DNA of 22,320 bases. Origin: a virus. Under the pieces are notes generated by a model. The model was not told the origin of the DNA. It was given only the letters and a program-made list of their open reading frames with translations, and searched no databases. Of the stretch, positions 1 to 8,544 are shown piece by piece. The position numbers were made by a program, and so were the translations under genes. The stretch is taken from the UHGV virus genome UHGV-2170153. One strand, 5' to 3'. Each line of letters begins with the position of its first letter. Position 1 is the first letter of the stretch.

Positions 1-1284
1 TTACTTCTTCGCCTCTGCAACCACTTTACTACCCACGCCGCGGTTATTGTATTCCCACATGCGGTTGTAGTTAGTGTCATTCAGATTGCGCTGTATTTCG
101 TCGTTATCATCTACGCTGCCGGTATTACCCGCAAACGGACGATTAGAGATCACCGCATCGGCCCACGGTTTAGCCGTGTTAAAACCTTCGTTGATGGCGC
201 TATCACGGATCACCACCTGACCGTTGGTATTGGCATCAACATCCAGCGAGCGGCCCAGTTGCGCCACACCATCACCGAAAGCATTGAAACGGCTGTTTAC
301 GGCGAGGAAACCGTAGTAAATGTTGGACAGCGTAGCCGGTGCAAACACATACGCTTCTTGCTGAGTACGTGAGTTCACCACGCGGAATTCGGTGTTATCG
401 AACACCACTGCGCCGCGACCAGAAACGATATCCACATCCCCTTCAATGTAGCTGTTGGTCACCAGCGTACGCGGCTGACGGTTGGTTTCCAGACGGTTCT
501 GCACACCGCTGTTGGTGACAAAGAAGGTGTTCTGACGACCGAGAATGTTAACGTTGTTAATCTGTACCTGGTCACCATCAGTACGCAGTGCCACCGCCGG
601 ATGGTTACCTGCATCTACGCTATCGCCCAGCGTGTTTTCGATGGTCAGATTTTGCAGTTGCAGGCCATTGTTTTGTGACCAGAAGACCGCAGAGCAGAGA
701 ACACCGATACTGTCGCTGCGTTTGCTCTGGCAGCTATCGTACATATACCACGCTGGTTTACCTGGCATATATTTGCCGCGCGGGTTGACGTCGTGACGCC
801 AGTCGGCAGGGCTCATGCCACCATCAAGGGAAAGCCCAATCTTCACATCAATCGGTTTTTCACCTGTACCGTACAGAGTAATTCCACCCGGAGCGGCAGG
901 GACATATACCGTTCCCTGATACTCACCAGGCATCACGGCAATATACTGGCGCTTGTTGGTACGCTTGATAATTGCCGCATCTACCGCCGCCTGAATCGTG
1001 GTATGCGTTACACCTTGAGTGCCCGCCGGGCCGACAACAAAGTCAGGTTGCGCAGGCAGGGTAATCGGGGAAGGATTCCACGCTGCAGCACCTGGTGTCA
1101 GGGATGCAAAATAGTGTTGAGCATCGAAATTCTGCGCTTCTTTTGCCGACAGAATCGGGCGAGAAGAGGTACCAGGCGCGGTTTGATCAGAAGGACGTTG
1201 ATCGGGCGGGGTTGAGCTACAGGCGGTCAGCGTCACGCCAAAAGCCAATGCCAGCGCCAGACGGGAAACTGAAAATGTGTTCAC
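1..1284 (-). CDS. ybhC: YbhC-family outer-membrane lipoprotein (pectinesterase-like), host chromosomal gene flanking the prophage
   Basis: 427-aa ORF; GTG start at 1284 with GGAG 7 nt upstream; lipoprotein signal MNTFSVSRLALALAFGVTLTAC (lipobox LTAC); recognised from memory as the E. coli gene next to attB-lambda. Confidence 0.85.
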   Translation of the reverse strand: MNTFSVSRLALALAFGVTLTACSSTPPDQRPSDQTAPGTSSRPILSAKEAQNFDAQHYFASLTPGAAAWNPSPITLPAQPDFVVGPAGTQGVTHTTIQAAVDAAIIKRTNKRQYIAVMPGEYQGTVYVPAAPGGITLYGTGEKPIDVKIGLSLDGGMSPADWRHDVNPRGKYMPGKPAWYMYDSCQSKRSDSIGVLCSAVFWSQNNGLQLQNLTIENTLGDSVDAGNHPAVALRTDGDQVQINNVNILGRQNTFFVTNSGVQNRLETNRQPRTLVTNSYIEGDVDIVSGRGAVVFDNTEFRVVNSRTQQEAYVFAPATLSNIYYGFLAVNSRFNAFGDGVAQLGRSLDVDANTNGQVVIRDSAINEGFNTAKPWADAVISNRPFAGNTGSVDDNDEIQRNLNDTNYNRMWEYNNRGVGSKVVAEAKK

Positions 1285-1330
1285 AGGTTGCTCCGGGCTA
1301 TGAAATAGAAAAATGAATCCGTTGAAGCCT

Positions 1331-1418
1331 GCTTTTTTATACTAAGTTGGCATTATAAAAAAGCATTGCTTATCAATTTGTTGCAACGAACAGGTCACTA
1401 TCAGTCAAAATAAAATCA
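1331..1418. other. attL: attL: lambda core GCTTTTTTATACTAA (1331..1345) plus P' arm with arm-type Int sites
   Basis: Exact 15-bp lambda att core; downstream sequence GTTGGCATTATAAAAAAGCATTGCTTATCAATTTGTTGCAACGAACAGGTCACTATCAGTCAAAATAAAATCATTATTTGATTTC matches the lambda P' arm from memory; sits between ybhC and int. Confidence 0.9.
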
Positions 1419-2489
1419 TTATTTGATTTCAATTTTGTCCCACTCCCTGCCTCTGTCATCACGATACTGTGATGCCATGGTGTCCGACTTATGCCCGAGA
1501 AGATGTTGAGCAAACTTATCGCTTATCTGCTTCTCATAGAGTCTTGCAGCCAAACTGCGCAACTCGTGAAAGGTAGGCGGATCCCCTTCGAAGGAAAGAC
1601 CTGATGCTTTTCGTGCGCGCATAAAATACCTTGATACTGTGCCGGATGAAAGCGGTTCACGACGAGTAGATGCAATTATGGTTTCTCCGCCAAGAATCTC
1701 TTTGCATTTATCAAGTGTTTCCTTCATTGATATCCCGAGGGCATCAACATGCAATGTTATAGGGATGGCAATTTTTACGCCTGTTTTGCTTTGCTCGACA
1801 TAAAGATATCCATCTACGATATCAGACCACTTCATTTCGCATAAATCACCAACTCGCTGCCCGGTAACAACAGCCAGTTCCATTGCAAGTCTGAGCCAAC
1901 ATGGTGATGATTCTGCTGCTTGATAAATTTTCAGGTATTCGTCAGCCGTAAGTCTTGATCTCCTTACCTCTGATTTTGCTGCGCGAGTGGCAGCGACCGG
2001 GTTTGTTGTTATATGGCCTTCAGCTATTGCCTCTCGGAATGCATCGCTCAGTGTTGATCTGATTAACTTGGCTGATGCCGCCTTGCCCTCGTCTATGTAT
2101 CCATTGAGCATTGCCGCAATTTCTTTTGTGGTGATGTCTTCAAGTGGAGCATCAGGCAGACCTCTCCTTATTGCTTTAATTTTGCTCATGTAATTTATGA
2201 GTGTCTTCTGCTTGATTCCTCTGCTGGCGAGGATTTTTTCGTAGCGATCAAGCCATGAATGTAACGTAACAGAATTATCACTGTTGATTCTCGCTGTCAG
2301 AGGCTTGTGTTTGTGTCCTGAAAATAACTCAATGTTGGCCTGTATAGCTTCAGTGATTGCGATTCGCCTGTCTCTGCCTAATCCAAACTCTTTACCCGTC
2401 CTTGGGTCCCTGTAGCAGTAATATCCATTGTTTCTTATATAAAGGTTAGGGGGTAAATCCCGGCGCTCATGACTTCGCCTTCTTCCCAT
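1419..2489 (-). CDS. int: Integrase, tyrosine recombinase (lambda Int, 356 aa)
   Basis: Translation MGRRRSHERRDLPPNLYIRNNGYYCYRDPRTGKEFGLGRDRRIAITEAIQAN... and C-terminus ...HLLGHKSDTMASQYRDDRGREWDKIEIK match lambda Int; adjacent to att. Confidence 0.97.
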   Translation of the reverse strand: MGRRRSHERRDLPPNLYIRNNGYYCYRDPRTGKEFGLGRDRRIAITEAIQANIELFSGHKHKPLTARINSDNSVTLHSWLDRYEKILASRGIKQKTLINYMSKIKAIRRGLPDAPLEDITTKEIAAMLNGYIDEGKAASAKLIRSTLSDAFREAIAEGHITTNPVAATRAAKSEVRRSRLTADEYLKIYQAAESSPCWLRLAMELAVVTGQRVGDLCEMKWSDIVDGYLYVEQSKTGVKIAIPITLHVDALGISMKETLDKCKEILGGETIIASTRREPLSSGTVSRYFMRARKASGLSFEGDPPTFHELRSLAARLYEKQISDKFAQHLLGHKSDTMASQYRDDRGREWDKIEIK

Positions 2490-2685
2490 TTCTGATCCTC
2501 TTCAAAAGGCTACCTGTTACTGGTCGATTTAAGTCAACCTTTACCGCTGATTCGTGGAATAGATACTCTCTTCCATCCTTAACCGGAGGAGGGAATATCC
2601 TGCATTCGCGCACCCATCGACGAACTGTTTCAAGGCTTCTTGGGCGTCGCTGGCGAGCGTTCCACTCCTGAAGTGTCAAGTACAT
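2467..2685 (-). CDS. xis: Excisionase (lambda Xis, 72 aa)
   Basis: MYLTLQEWNARQRRPRSLETVRRWVRECRIFPPPVKDGREYLFHESAVKVDLNRPVTGSLLKRIRNGKKAKS; ATG (cat at 2683..2685); overlaps int start as in lambda; the upstream in-frame extension in the ORF track is not used. Confidence 0.95.
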   Translation of the reverse strand: MYLTLQEWNARQRRPRSLETVRRWVRECRIFPPPVKDGREYLFHESAVKVDLNRPVTGSLLKRIRNGKKAKS

Positions 2686-2710
2686 CGCAAAGTCTCCGCA
2701 ATTACACGCA

Positions 2711-2733
2711 AGAAAAAGCCGCATTGATGCGGC
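2711..2733 (-). terminator. Candidate intrinsic terminator on minus strand between the 114-aa gene and xis
   Basis: Minus-strand hairpin GCCGCA-tcaa-TGCGGC followed by TTTTTC (plus-strand aaaaagccgcattgatgcggc). Confidence 0.45.
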
Positions 2734-2802
2734 GATGGTAGGTCTGGATATCATTGAGCAATGAACAGGCCTCACCGAGTGTGAGGCGGTGTTATTTCAT
2801 GG

Positions 2803-3147
2803 TTAGTCCTTGCGTAGCTCGCTGATTCTTCTGTAAGTCTCTGGTGCTTTGTTTCCGTGTATCTTCATTTCAGACTTCAACAGAGCAACGAGGGAATCCC
2901 ATTCGTTGAGGATGCCTTTGAATGTCGGAACGCGCTTTGCAACCTTGTCGAATGAATCTCTGATTTCTGGAATCTGCTCAACAAGTGCAACGCATCGTCG
3001 GAAATCGGCTGCGTCATGTGGAGCGCCGAAGTGATGACCATAGATATTCTTTTTCAGTCCACACGCGATTGAGGCAAGAGTTGCGCTACTGATGCCGACA
3101 TCGCCAGTCGATTGCCATTTCAAAATCTTCATAGCCAAATCTGACAT
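2803..3147 (-). CDS. Hypothetical phage protein (114 aa)
   Basis: ATG at 3147 with GGAGA 6 nt upstream; no family recognised by eye. Confidence 0.7.
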   Translation of the reverse strand: MSDLAMKILKWQSTGDVGISSATLASIACGLKKNIYGHHFGAPHDAADFRRCVALVEQIPEIRDSFDKVAKRVPTFKGILNEWDSLVALLKSEMKIHGNKAPETYRRISELRKD

Positions 3148-3219
3148 TTCTTGTCTCCATAAAACAAAACTCGCCGTAGCGAGTTCAGATAAAAGAAATC
3201 CCCGCGAGTGCGAGGATTG

Positions 3220-3504
3220 TTATTCATTGCCGATATTTACCTTTATCGCGAACACCTTTACCGGTTTATCGCCGAAGTGCAGATGTGTGATTGTCTTGAT
3301 TTCATACCCGTCATACGGGACGTCAATTCTACGGCTGGAATCGTCGCGCTTCGGATATCCCTTTGTGATAATCAGGCGGTCATATTCCCGGAACATAATT
3401 CGCTTATTCCAGTAGTCATTACACAGGCGATATTCTTCTGTTTTCTCCCCGCGAATCATGGCATCGAAGTATTCACCTTTGACGGCAAGTTGCAGGTTAG
3501 CCAC
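3220..3504 (-). CDS. Small phage protein, possibly ASCH/DUF3850-like (94 aa, GTG start)
   Basis: GTG at 3504 preceded by GGAGG (plus cctcc 3511..3515); overlaps upstream gene stop by 8 nt; N-terminus VANLQLAVKGEYFDAMIRGEKTEEYR resembles ASCH-type folds (weak, by eye). Confidence 0.6.
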   Translation of the reverse strand: MANLQLAVKGEYFDAMIRGEKTEEYRLCNDYWNKRIMFREYDRLIITKGYPKRDDSSRRIDVPYDGYEIKTITHLHFGDKPVKVFAIKVNIGNE

Positions 3505-4801
3505 GGTTAACCTCCTGCGGCGGTTCCGGTAGCGGCATCCAGTGAGTTGCTTGCTCAATACCATTACCCGGCTTAATCGTTGCATCTCCGCGCCGAAAGG
3601 TGCTTCCGGTATAGCGTGCGGAGCATATTAGCGGTTCAACCAGAGAGCTATCGAAATTCACCGAAATAAGCACGTTCTGGCCCTTTTCAGGCATTCGATC
3701 ACTACAGCTTATCCAACCATCCGGAGTTACCGGAGAGTTGCCCGACAGTCTACGCAAAACAGCCTTAACAGCCTCAATACGGTCATCATCGCAATTTTCC
3801 AGCGTATCTATGCGGTCGAGCATGATGATGGCGTTATCAATATCAGGATTGCCAGTCCACTCATTACCGCGATTGGATTCGGCAGCCTGGTTGCCAGATG
3901 CTGGTTGATTGTCGGCTTGGCTATAGCTAACAGCACGGCAGGCATCCTCTACGCCTTTAACTGCATCTGCGCAGTAGTTATAGCGATTGCATTCCACTAA
4001 CTTCTGCTTGAGATTTTCAATTGCTTGCGCGACATCAGCCTGTATTTCTGGAACTGGCGGAACGGCTGTTTGCTCTCGAACGTCATTAGTCGCTATCGGT
4101 TCTGCTGCCAACTGACTGGCATATTTGTTAATGGTAACGATAAGCTCTTGCTCAGCCTCATCCAGACAATCACCGATACCTCGCCTGTCACCGTCAAAAT
4201 CATCGAAATCGGCACGAATCTTGGCAACCTCCCGGATTGCGGACAACACCTCACTAGGAATTACCGGATAGTTGGTTGACGTTTCCGCGATTTCCCGAAA
4301 ATTATTGGTTGACGAATTCTTATTTTCCCGAAAGTTTCCGGACTGAAGCATGGCGGCGCGGCAGGCGTTAAGCGCGTTTTGCACGCGTTTAGCGTTCTGT
4401 ACTTCGTATTTAGGTGCGGCTGCCAATGCCCATAGCCAACCAATTTCATAGCTATCAGCTTTTGATAGAGCACATTCCATTTCCAGTGTTATTTTCTTAG
4501 GTACGAGTTGCCAATCATCTGGCACTACCGGCGCTGGCAGCTCGCGATACAGCGAGATTACACGACGCGGGTCCGCATATTTATCTGGCGGACACTGAAA
4601 TATCTCACCGAAACCATACTTCCTGACATCGCGCAGTTCCTCTTCATCAGTCCATGCCACCGGTTCTGCTTCCAGCGATGCCAGAGCAATCCGTGCCAGC
4701 TCTTCCGCTTCTTCTGCTGGCAGTACAACGTTGCTACCAGGTCCGTATGTTTCGCGCCACTGCTTGATTGTCAGCAGTCGCTCTTTGGTAATAGTGATCA
4801 T
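3497..4801 (-). CDS. Phage protein with C-terminal DUF551-like domain (434 aa)
   Basis: ATG at 4801 with AAGGAA upstream; ATGA overlap with upstream gene stop; C-terminus ...PDGWISCSDRMPEKGQNVLISVNF...ATHWMPLPEPP typical of DUF551 prophage proteins. Confidence 0.75.
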   Translation of the reverse strand: MITITKERLLTIKQWRETYGPGSNVVLPAEEAEELARIALASLEAEPVAWTDEEELRDVRKYGFGEIFQCPPDKYADPRRVISLYRELPAPVVPDDWQLVPKKITLEMECALSKADSYEIGWLWALAAAPKYEVQNAKRVQNALNACRAAMLQSGNFRENKNSSTNNFREIAETSTNYPVIPSEVLSAIREVAKIRADFDDFDGDRRGIGDCLDEAEQELIVTINKYASQLAAEPIATNDVREQTAVPPVPEIQADVAQAIENLKQKLVECNRYNYCADAVKGVEDACRAVSYSQADNQPASGNQAAESNRGNEWTGNPDIDNAIIMLDRIDTLENCDDDRIEAVKAVLRRLSGNSPVTPDGWISCSDRMPEKGQNVLISVNFDSSLVEPLICSARYTGSTFRRGDATIKPGNGIEQATHWMPLPEPPQEVNRG

Positions 4802-5313
4802 GCCGCGTTTCCTTCTTTCTTATTAACAATTACACCGTCATATATTTCATTAAGGTGCCCTCTCAACTCCATGCGCCTTAATGCAGATAACATGTAATCG
4901 CATTCAACCTGCTTATTTCCAGTAAATGGCTTATCGTCAGGATTACCCCAACAGCAATTACCCTTGGGCCACCCATGCACTTTCCGTACTCTTCCGTTAA
5001 CAACGTGAAGTAATCCCCAGCCAGGTGGTAAATCCTCAATTGAAATAATTCCCGGCTCACTAATAAAGAATCGCCAGTCGCCCATTCCAAGAGACGGATT
5101 TTTACGAAAACGCTTTTTTCTATCTGCCAACAAGTCAGCACGAGAACATTTCGCCTCTATCAGGCATGATGCTGAATTTCTGAATCCCATAGCATCTGGC
5201 TGTTCTCCGGTACTGGTTACAGCCATAAAGCGGTCATGAAAACAAACCTTGAACCCGTTGCGCTTAAGGAACTTGTACGCAATCTGACAGAGTTCGCGGT
5301 GTGTTAGCGCCAT
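4798..5313 (-). CDS. Hypothetical phage protein with possible PD-(D/E)xK-like nuclease motif (171 aa)
   Basis: ATG at 5313 with AAGGAGAG upstream (the track's upstream M at 5355 lacks an RBS); motif ...EQPDAMGF...CLIEAKCSRADL suggests D...E-x-K catalytic arrangement (inference by eye). Confidence 0.6.
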   Translation of the reverse strand: MALTHRELCQIAYKFLKRNGFKVCFHDRFMAVTSTGEQPDAMGFRNSASCLIEAKCSRADLLADRKKRFRKNPSLGMGDWRFFISEPGIISIEDLPPGWGLLHVVNGRVRKVHGWPKGNCCWGNPDDKPFTGNKQVECDYMLSALRRMELRGHLNEIYDGVIVNKKEGNAA

Positions 5314-5314
5314 A

Positions 5315-6022
5315 TCACTCTCCTTTGATGCGAATGCCAGTAGCGCGGATTGCATCGATGACTTCAGAAACTTTGTATGCCATTACCGTTTGGTAATCAT
5401 CGTGAAAATCTGTTCGATGAAGCATGCTGCTACGTTCCGGGAGCGTTATTTCCCGAGCATCCAGTTCCTTAACGCGTTCCTCCAGTTCGTAGACCCTGCA
5501 TTGTTCTCTATCATCAATCAGATATAACCCAAGACATTCGCTTTCTACCCAACCGCCAAAATCATGATCGTAACGCTCACATGAAAACTCACCGTCACCG
5601 TCCTTTGTTGGAATGGTGTAACTGTCTAATGGGCCACCGTACGTCGGCACATTTCCTAATGTCGGATGCTCAATCCACATAAAAAATGCACGTCCGGTTA
5701 TTGGGCAAATATCTGGCCGCCATTGGTTACGAACAGCGTTGGTTTCTGATAATTCTTCAGCGTGTTGTTTTACTTCCTCAAGCTCAACACGCAGCTTCCC
5801 TACCGTTAGCGCAATATCCTCGTTCTCCTGATCGCGGCTTTTGATGTATTGCAGGTTTCTTTCCCGTTCATCCAACAATGCCAGCGCGATATCTGGCGAA
5901 AAGTGCTTCATAAAATCGTTAAGCGCATTAATTCGCTGATCGAAAGGCATTACAGGTGCTTCACCAGCAATTTTTGTTTTTTCAGCGATTTCACGAAGCT
6001 TTTGATAATCAATCTTGCTCAC
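5315..6022 (-). CDS. Ead/Ea22-like family protein (235 aa, GTG start)
   Basis: GTG at 6022 with AAAGGAGG 6 nt upstream; N-terminal coiled-coil [17 protein letters not shown]...; resembles Ea22-like proteins of lambdoid b-region (memory, moderate). Confidence 0.65.
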   Translation of the reverse strand: MSKIDYQKLREIAEKTKIAGEAPVMPFDQRINALNDFMKHFSPDIALALLDERERNLQYIKSRDQENEDIALTVGKLRVELEEVKQHAEELSETNAVRNQWRPDICPITGRAFFMWIEHPTLGNVPTYGGPLDSYTIPTKDGDGEFSCERYDHDFGGWVESECLGLYLIDDREQCRVYELEERVKELDAREITLPERSSMLHRTDFHDDYQTVMAYKVSEVIDAIRATGIRIKGE

Positions 6023-6186
6023 TGGTTGCCTCCTTTGCGCCACATCGCATTCAGATATTTGTTTTGATTCACTGACGGAAAAGAATTTCTCTTAAGTAAT
6101 TCCTCTCTCGATGGCATTGGCTTTACGCGTTGGCGAATAATCATTTCTGCCGGAAGAATGCCGGGATTGTATGCAAGTCCTCTCAT
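6019..6186 (-). CDS. Small hypothetical protein (55 aa); alternative start at 6204
   Basis: ATG at 6186 with AGGAA 6 nt upstream; in operon context between coupled genes; short, so uncertain. Confidence 0.4.
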   Translation of the reverse strand: MRGLAYNPGILPAEMIIRQRVKPMPSREELLKRNSFPSVNQNKYLNAMWRKGGNQ

Positions 6187-6196
6187 GGTAAATTCC

Positions 6197-6490
6197 TCAG
6201 TCATTACTGATAGCGCCATAGCGTGAGCGGTAATTACGCAGGCGCGGGTCAATTTCAGGGAAGTGGGTATATGTGGCTTTGCGGAATGGTCGGATTGATG
6301 TCTGGTAAATTCGCTCGCGTTCTTCTTTCTCTGCAAGCCATATACAATGGCGAAATTCCTTTTCCTCTTTCGTTTCCTGCGGTAGCGACATTATCCGGTC
6401 GTAGTTTTTTCCGAATTTATCCAGCACCTCCAATACGGAATTGCCGGAACAGCGGCGCGGGTCATCCGCACCATACAGAGGCGCTGGCAT
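6197..6490 (-). CDS. Hypothetical phage protein (97 aa)
   Basis: ATG at 6490 with AGGAG 6 nt upstream; basic C-terminal half. Confidence 0.65.
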   Translation of the reverse strand: MPAPLYGADDPRRCSGNSVLEVLDKFGKNYDRIMSLPQETKEEKEFRHCIWLAEKEERERIYQTSIRPFRKATYTHFPEIDPRLRNYRSRYGAISND

Positions 6491-6506
6491 GTTTTTCTCC
6501 TGTTGA

Positions 6507-7054
6507 TTATTTAGCTAACTTTTTCCAGATCGCTGAAACGTATTTGGCTTGGTGAATGGCATCATCAAGCGCGTTGTGGCGAGTTCCTTTGAATGGCATA
6601 TCTCGCTTAGGGTCGAATCCTATTGCCTTCCCAAGTTCGACGATTGTTCTTACGTCGCGGTCATTCCACCACTGCCACGGAACTGGCTGCCCTGTCAGCG
6701 AATAACTGTTGCGGAGAATAACGCAGTCAAATGATGCTCCATTCCCCCAAACCTGAACGAATTTGTGGTTAGCGTTCTTTATGATGAATTCAGATAACCA
6801 TGAAAGAGCCGTTGAGAGCTCTTGAGTGTTGCTGGTTAGCGATTTTCTGGCTTCTTCACTCTGTTCCATCCACCATAAAATCGTTGAAGCGTCAGGACGC
6901 GCCCGATATCGCATTGATGACTCAAGCGAGATATTTACCGAGAACTCTTCTCCTGTTTCTCCGGTATTCGGGTCAAAGAATACCGCCCAATAGAAATAAC
7001 TGGCGCGTATGGCCCGTTGCCCATTGTTTCAAGGTCAACCATCAAGTGATTCAT
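6507..7054 (-). pseudogene. DnaQ-like (DEDDh) 3'-5' exonuclease interrupted by a frameshift at a G3/C3 homopolymer (~6983..6990)
   Basis: N-terminal 39-aa frame from ATG 7054 (RBS AAGGA) encodes Exo I motif MNHLMVDLETMGNGPYAPVISIG then stops; the rest (AVFFDPNTGE...GNGASFDCVIL...HNALDDAIHQAKYV) continues in the +1 frame with no start codon; one extra G would fuse the frames into ~178 aa. Confidence 0.7.
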
Positions 7055-7062
7055 GTAAGTCC

Positions 7063-7578
7063 TTAAATTGCGTGAATAGCGTGACGAGGGAAGGGGAGAG
7101 TTACTGGTGCAAAGGGGATGTCGTCGTCAAAATCCATAGGTGGTTCGCTGTGATTTCCCTGCTGCTGAGGTTGCTGTCTTTGTTGCTGACCATTATTTCG
7201 CTGAGGTGAAGACTGTTCATTGCCTCCTTGCTTGCCACCAAGCATTTGCATGGTTCCACCAACGCCCACGATGACTTCGGTAGTGAACCGATCCTGTCCG
7301 CTTTGATCCTGCCATTTTCTTGTCCGCAATTTGCCTTCAAGATAAACCTCAGAGCCTTTTCGCAGATATTCGCTGGCAATTTCTGCCAGTTTCCCGCTCA
7401 TTACCACGCGGTGCCACTCCGTCTGCTCCTTTTGCTCTCCAGTTTGCTTATCACGCCATTGTTCTGACGTAGCAACGGTAAGGTTTGCAAATGCCGTTCC
7501 TGATGGTGAATATCTGATTTCTGGATCATGCCCAAGGCGACCAATAATGATCACCTTATTTACGCCTCTGCTTGCCAT
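7063..7578 (-). CDS. ssb: Single-stranded DNA-binding protein (171 aa) with 15-aa extension past the conserved DDDIPF tip
   Basis: [59 protein letters not shown]... OB-fold core closely resembles E. coli SSB; ...[11 protein letters not shown] then continues [15 protein letters not shown] before TAA. Confidence 0.9.
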   Translation of the reverse strand: MASRGVNKVIIIGRLGHDPEIRYSPSGTAFANLTVATSEQWRDKQTGEQKEQTEWHRVVMSGKLAEIASEYLRKGSEVYLEGKLRTRKWQDQSGQDRFTTEVIVGVGGTMQMLGGKQGGNEQSSPQRNNGQQQRQQPQQQGNHSEPPMDFDDDIPFAPVTLPFPRHAIHAI

Positions 7579-8286
7579 TTATGCCGCCTGTTTTAGCTCG
7601 TTAACTCTGATGTTCATTACCTGAACGCATTTAGCCTGCGCCTCCTCGTTTCCAGCCATTAATTGCCAGTCACGCTGATAACGCTCGATGAGTTTTTTCT
7701 TGTCAGTTTCTGTTGACGCATAATCGCTGAAGTCTTTCAGGATTTGTTCGCAGTCAACCGATGGAGATTTCTGGTTGGTATTTTCTGGTGATGGTTTGTT
7801 ATCTGATGCTGGGATTGCCCATCCCGGCAGTGATGGAGGGAGCCAGTAAAATCCTGTTCCATCCTTCAGTTTTGCCCTGTGCCACCCCTGCTTTTTATCG
7901 AGAGATGTTTGTGCGAAACCTTCCTCAAGGTTATACAGATACCGACCGATTCCCCACTGAACGGCAGCGCGCTTCATTGCACCGGAACGACCACCTTTGA
8001 CGGCTTCTACCTGCGTGTTTTCAGCAGCATCCCATTTGGTTACCCATTCGGAATCAATCTTTATTGATATGCCGCATTCAACGCCGCCGTTGTTGGGAAT
8101 ATCGCGGTATTCATTGCGCCATCCTGCTTTGCCGCAAACATCGTCCAGGCGTTTCATGATTGCCCGGTTCGTGACATAAGCCAGCACCATAGCCCACACT
8201 TTGCCATCGCGTGTTTTACCGCTTTGCTGTATTCGCCATTCGATATCTTCAGGGCTGAATGGCTCATCGAATTTATTCAAATCCAT
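7579..8286 (-). CDS. Rad52/Rad22-family single-strand annealing protein (235 aa)
   Basis: ATG at 8286 with GAGGTGA RBS; N-terminal pattern FSPEDIEWRIQQSGKTRDGKVWAMVLAYVTNRAIMKRLDDVCGKAGWRNEY matches Rad52-type SSAP signature (memory); sits in the lambda bet position next to ssb and exonuclease. Confidence 0.7.
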   Translation of the reverse strand: MDLNKFDEPFSPEDIEWRIQQSGKTRDGKVWAMVLAYVTNRAIMKRLDDVCGKAGWRNEYRDIPNNGGVECGISIKIDSEWVTKWDAAENTQVEAVKGGRSGAMKRAAVQWGIGRYLYNLEEGFAQTSLDKKQGWHRAKLKDGTGFYWLPPSLPGWAIPASDNKPSPENTNQKSPSVDCEQILKDFSDYASTETDKKKLIERYQRDWQLMAGNEEAQAKCVQVMNIRVNELKQAA

Positions 8287-8385
8287 AATTCACCTCAGAA
8301 TGGACACGGCCCAAGGAAATAACGCTGATTTAATACTTCGACTCGGGACAAATTAAGGCATACCCGCATTCCTTCGCGGTCACCA

Positions 8386-8544
8386 TTATGGCGATACCAG
8401 AGAGCTTTCTGCGTGTACATGCGTCTCTGTAACTTGCTCTCCTTCACCGTGGTTGCAAGTGACATGAATATCTCCTTCGTTACCGATTAAATCTTTCATC
8501 TGACGAATGAATTCTTCGTCTGACCAGTTATCTGTAAAACTCAT
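8386..8544 (-). CDS. Small hypothetical protein (52 aa) in the gam position
   Basis: ATG at 8544 overlapping kil stop (ATGA); acidic sequence MSFTDNWSDEEFIRQMKDLIGNEGDIH...; no similarity to lambda Gam recognised. Confidence 0.4.
   Translation of the reverse strand: MSFTDNWSDEEFIRQMKDLIGNEGDIHVTCNHGEGEQVTETHVHAESSLVSP

Noticed and set aside
545-1316. Plus-strand ORFs of 66-140 aa overlapping ybhC
   Set aside because: Antisense to a well-supported host gene, no RBS, compositionally odd (Arg/Cys-rich); treated as frame artefacts.
2686-2775. N-terminal extension of the xis ORF (102 aa in the track)
   Set aside because: Lambda Xis is 72 aa starting MYLTLQEW; the upstream in-frame Met has no RBS and would read through the int-proximal regulatory region.
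2849-3510. Plus-strand ORFs antisense to the 114-aa and ASCH-like genes
   Set aside because: No RBS; they overlap better-supported, translationally coupled minus-strand genes.
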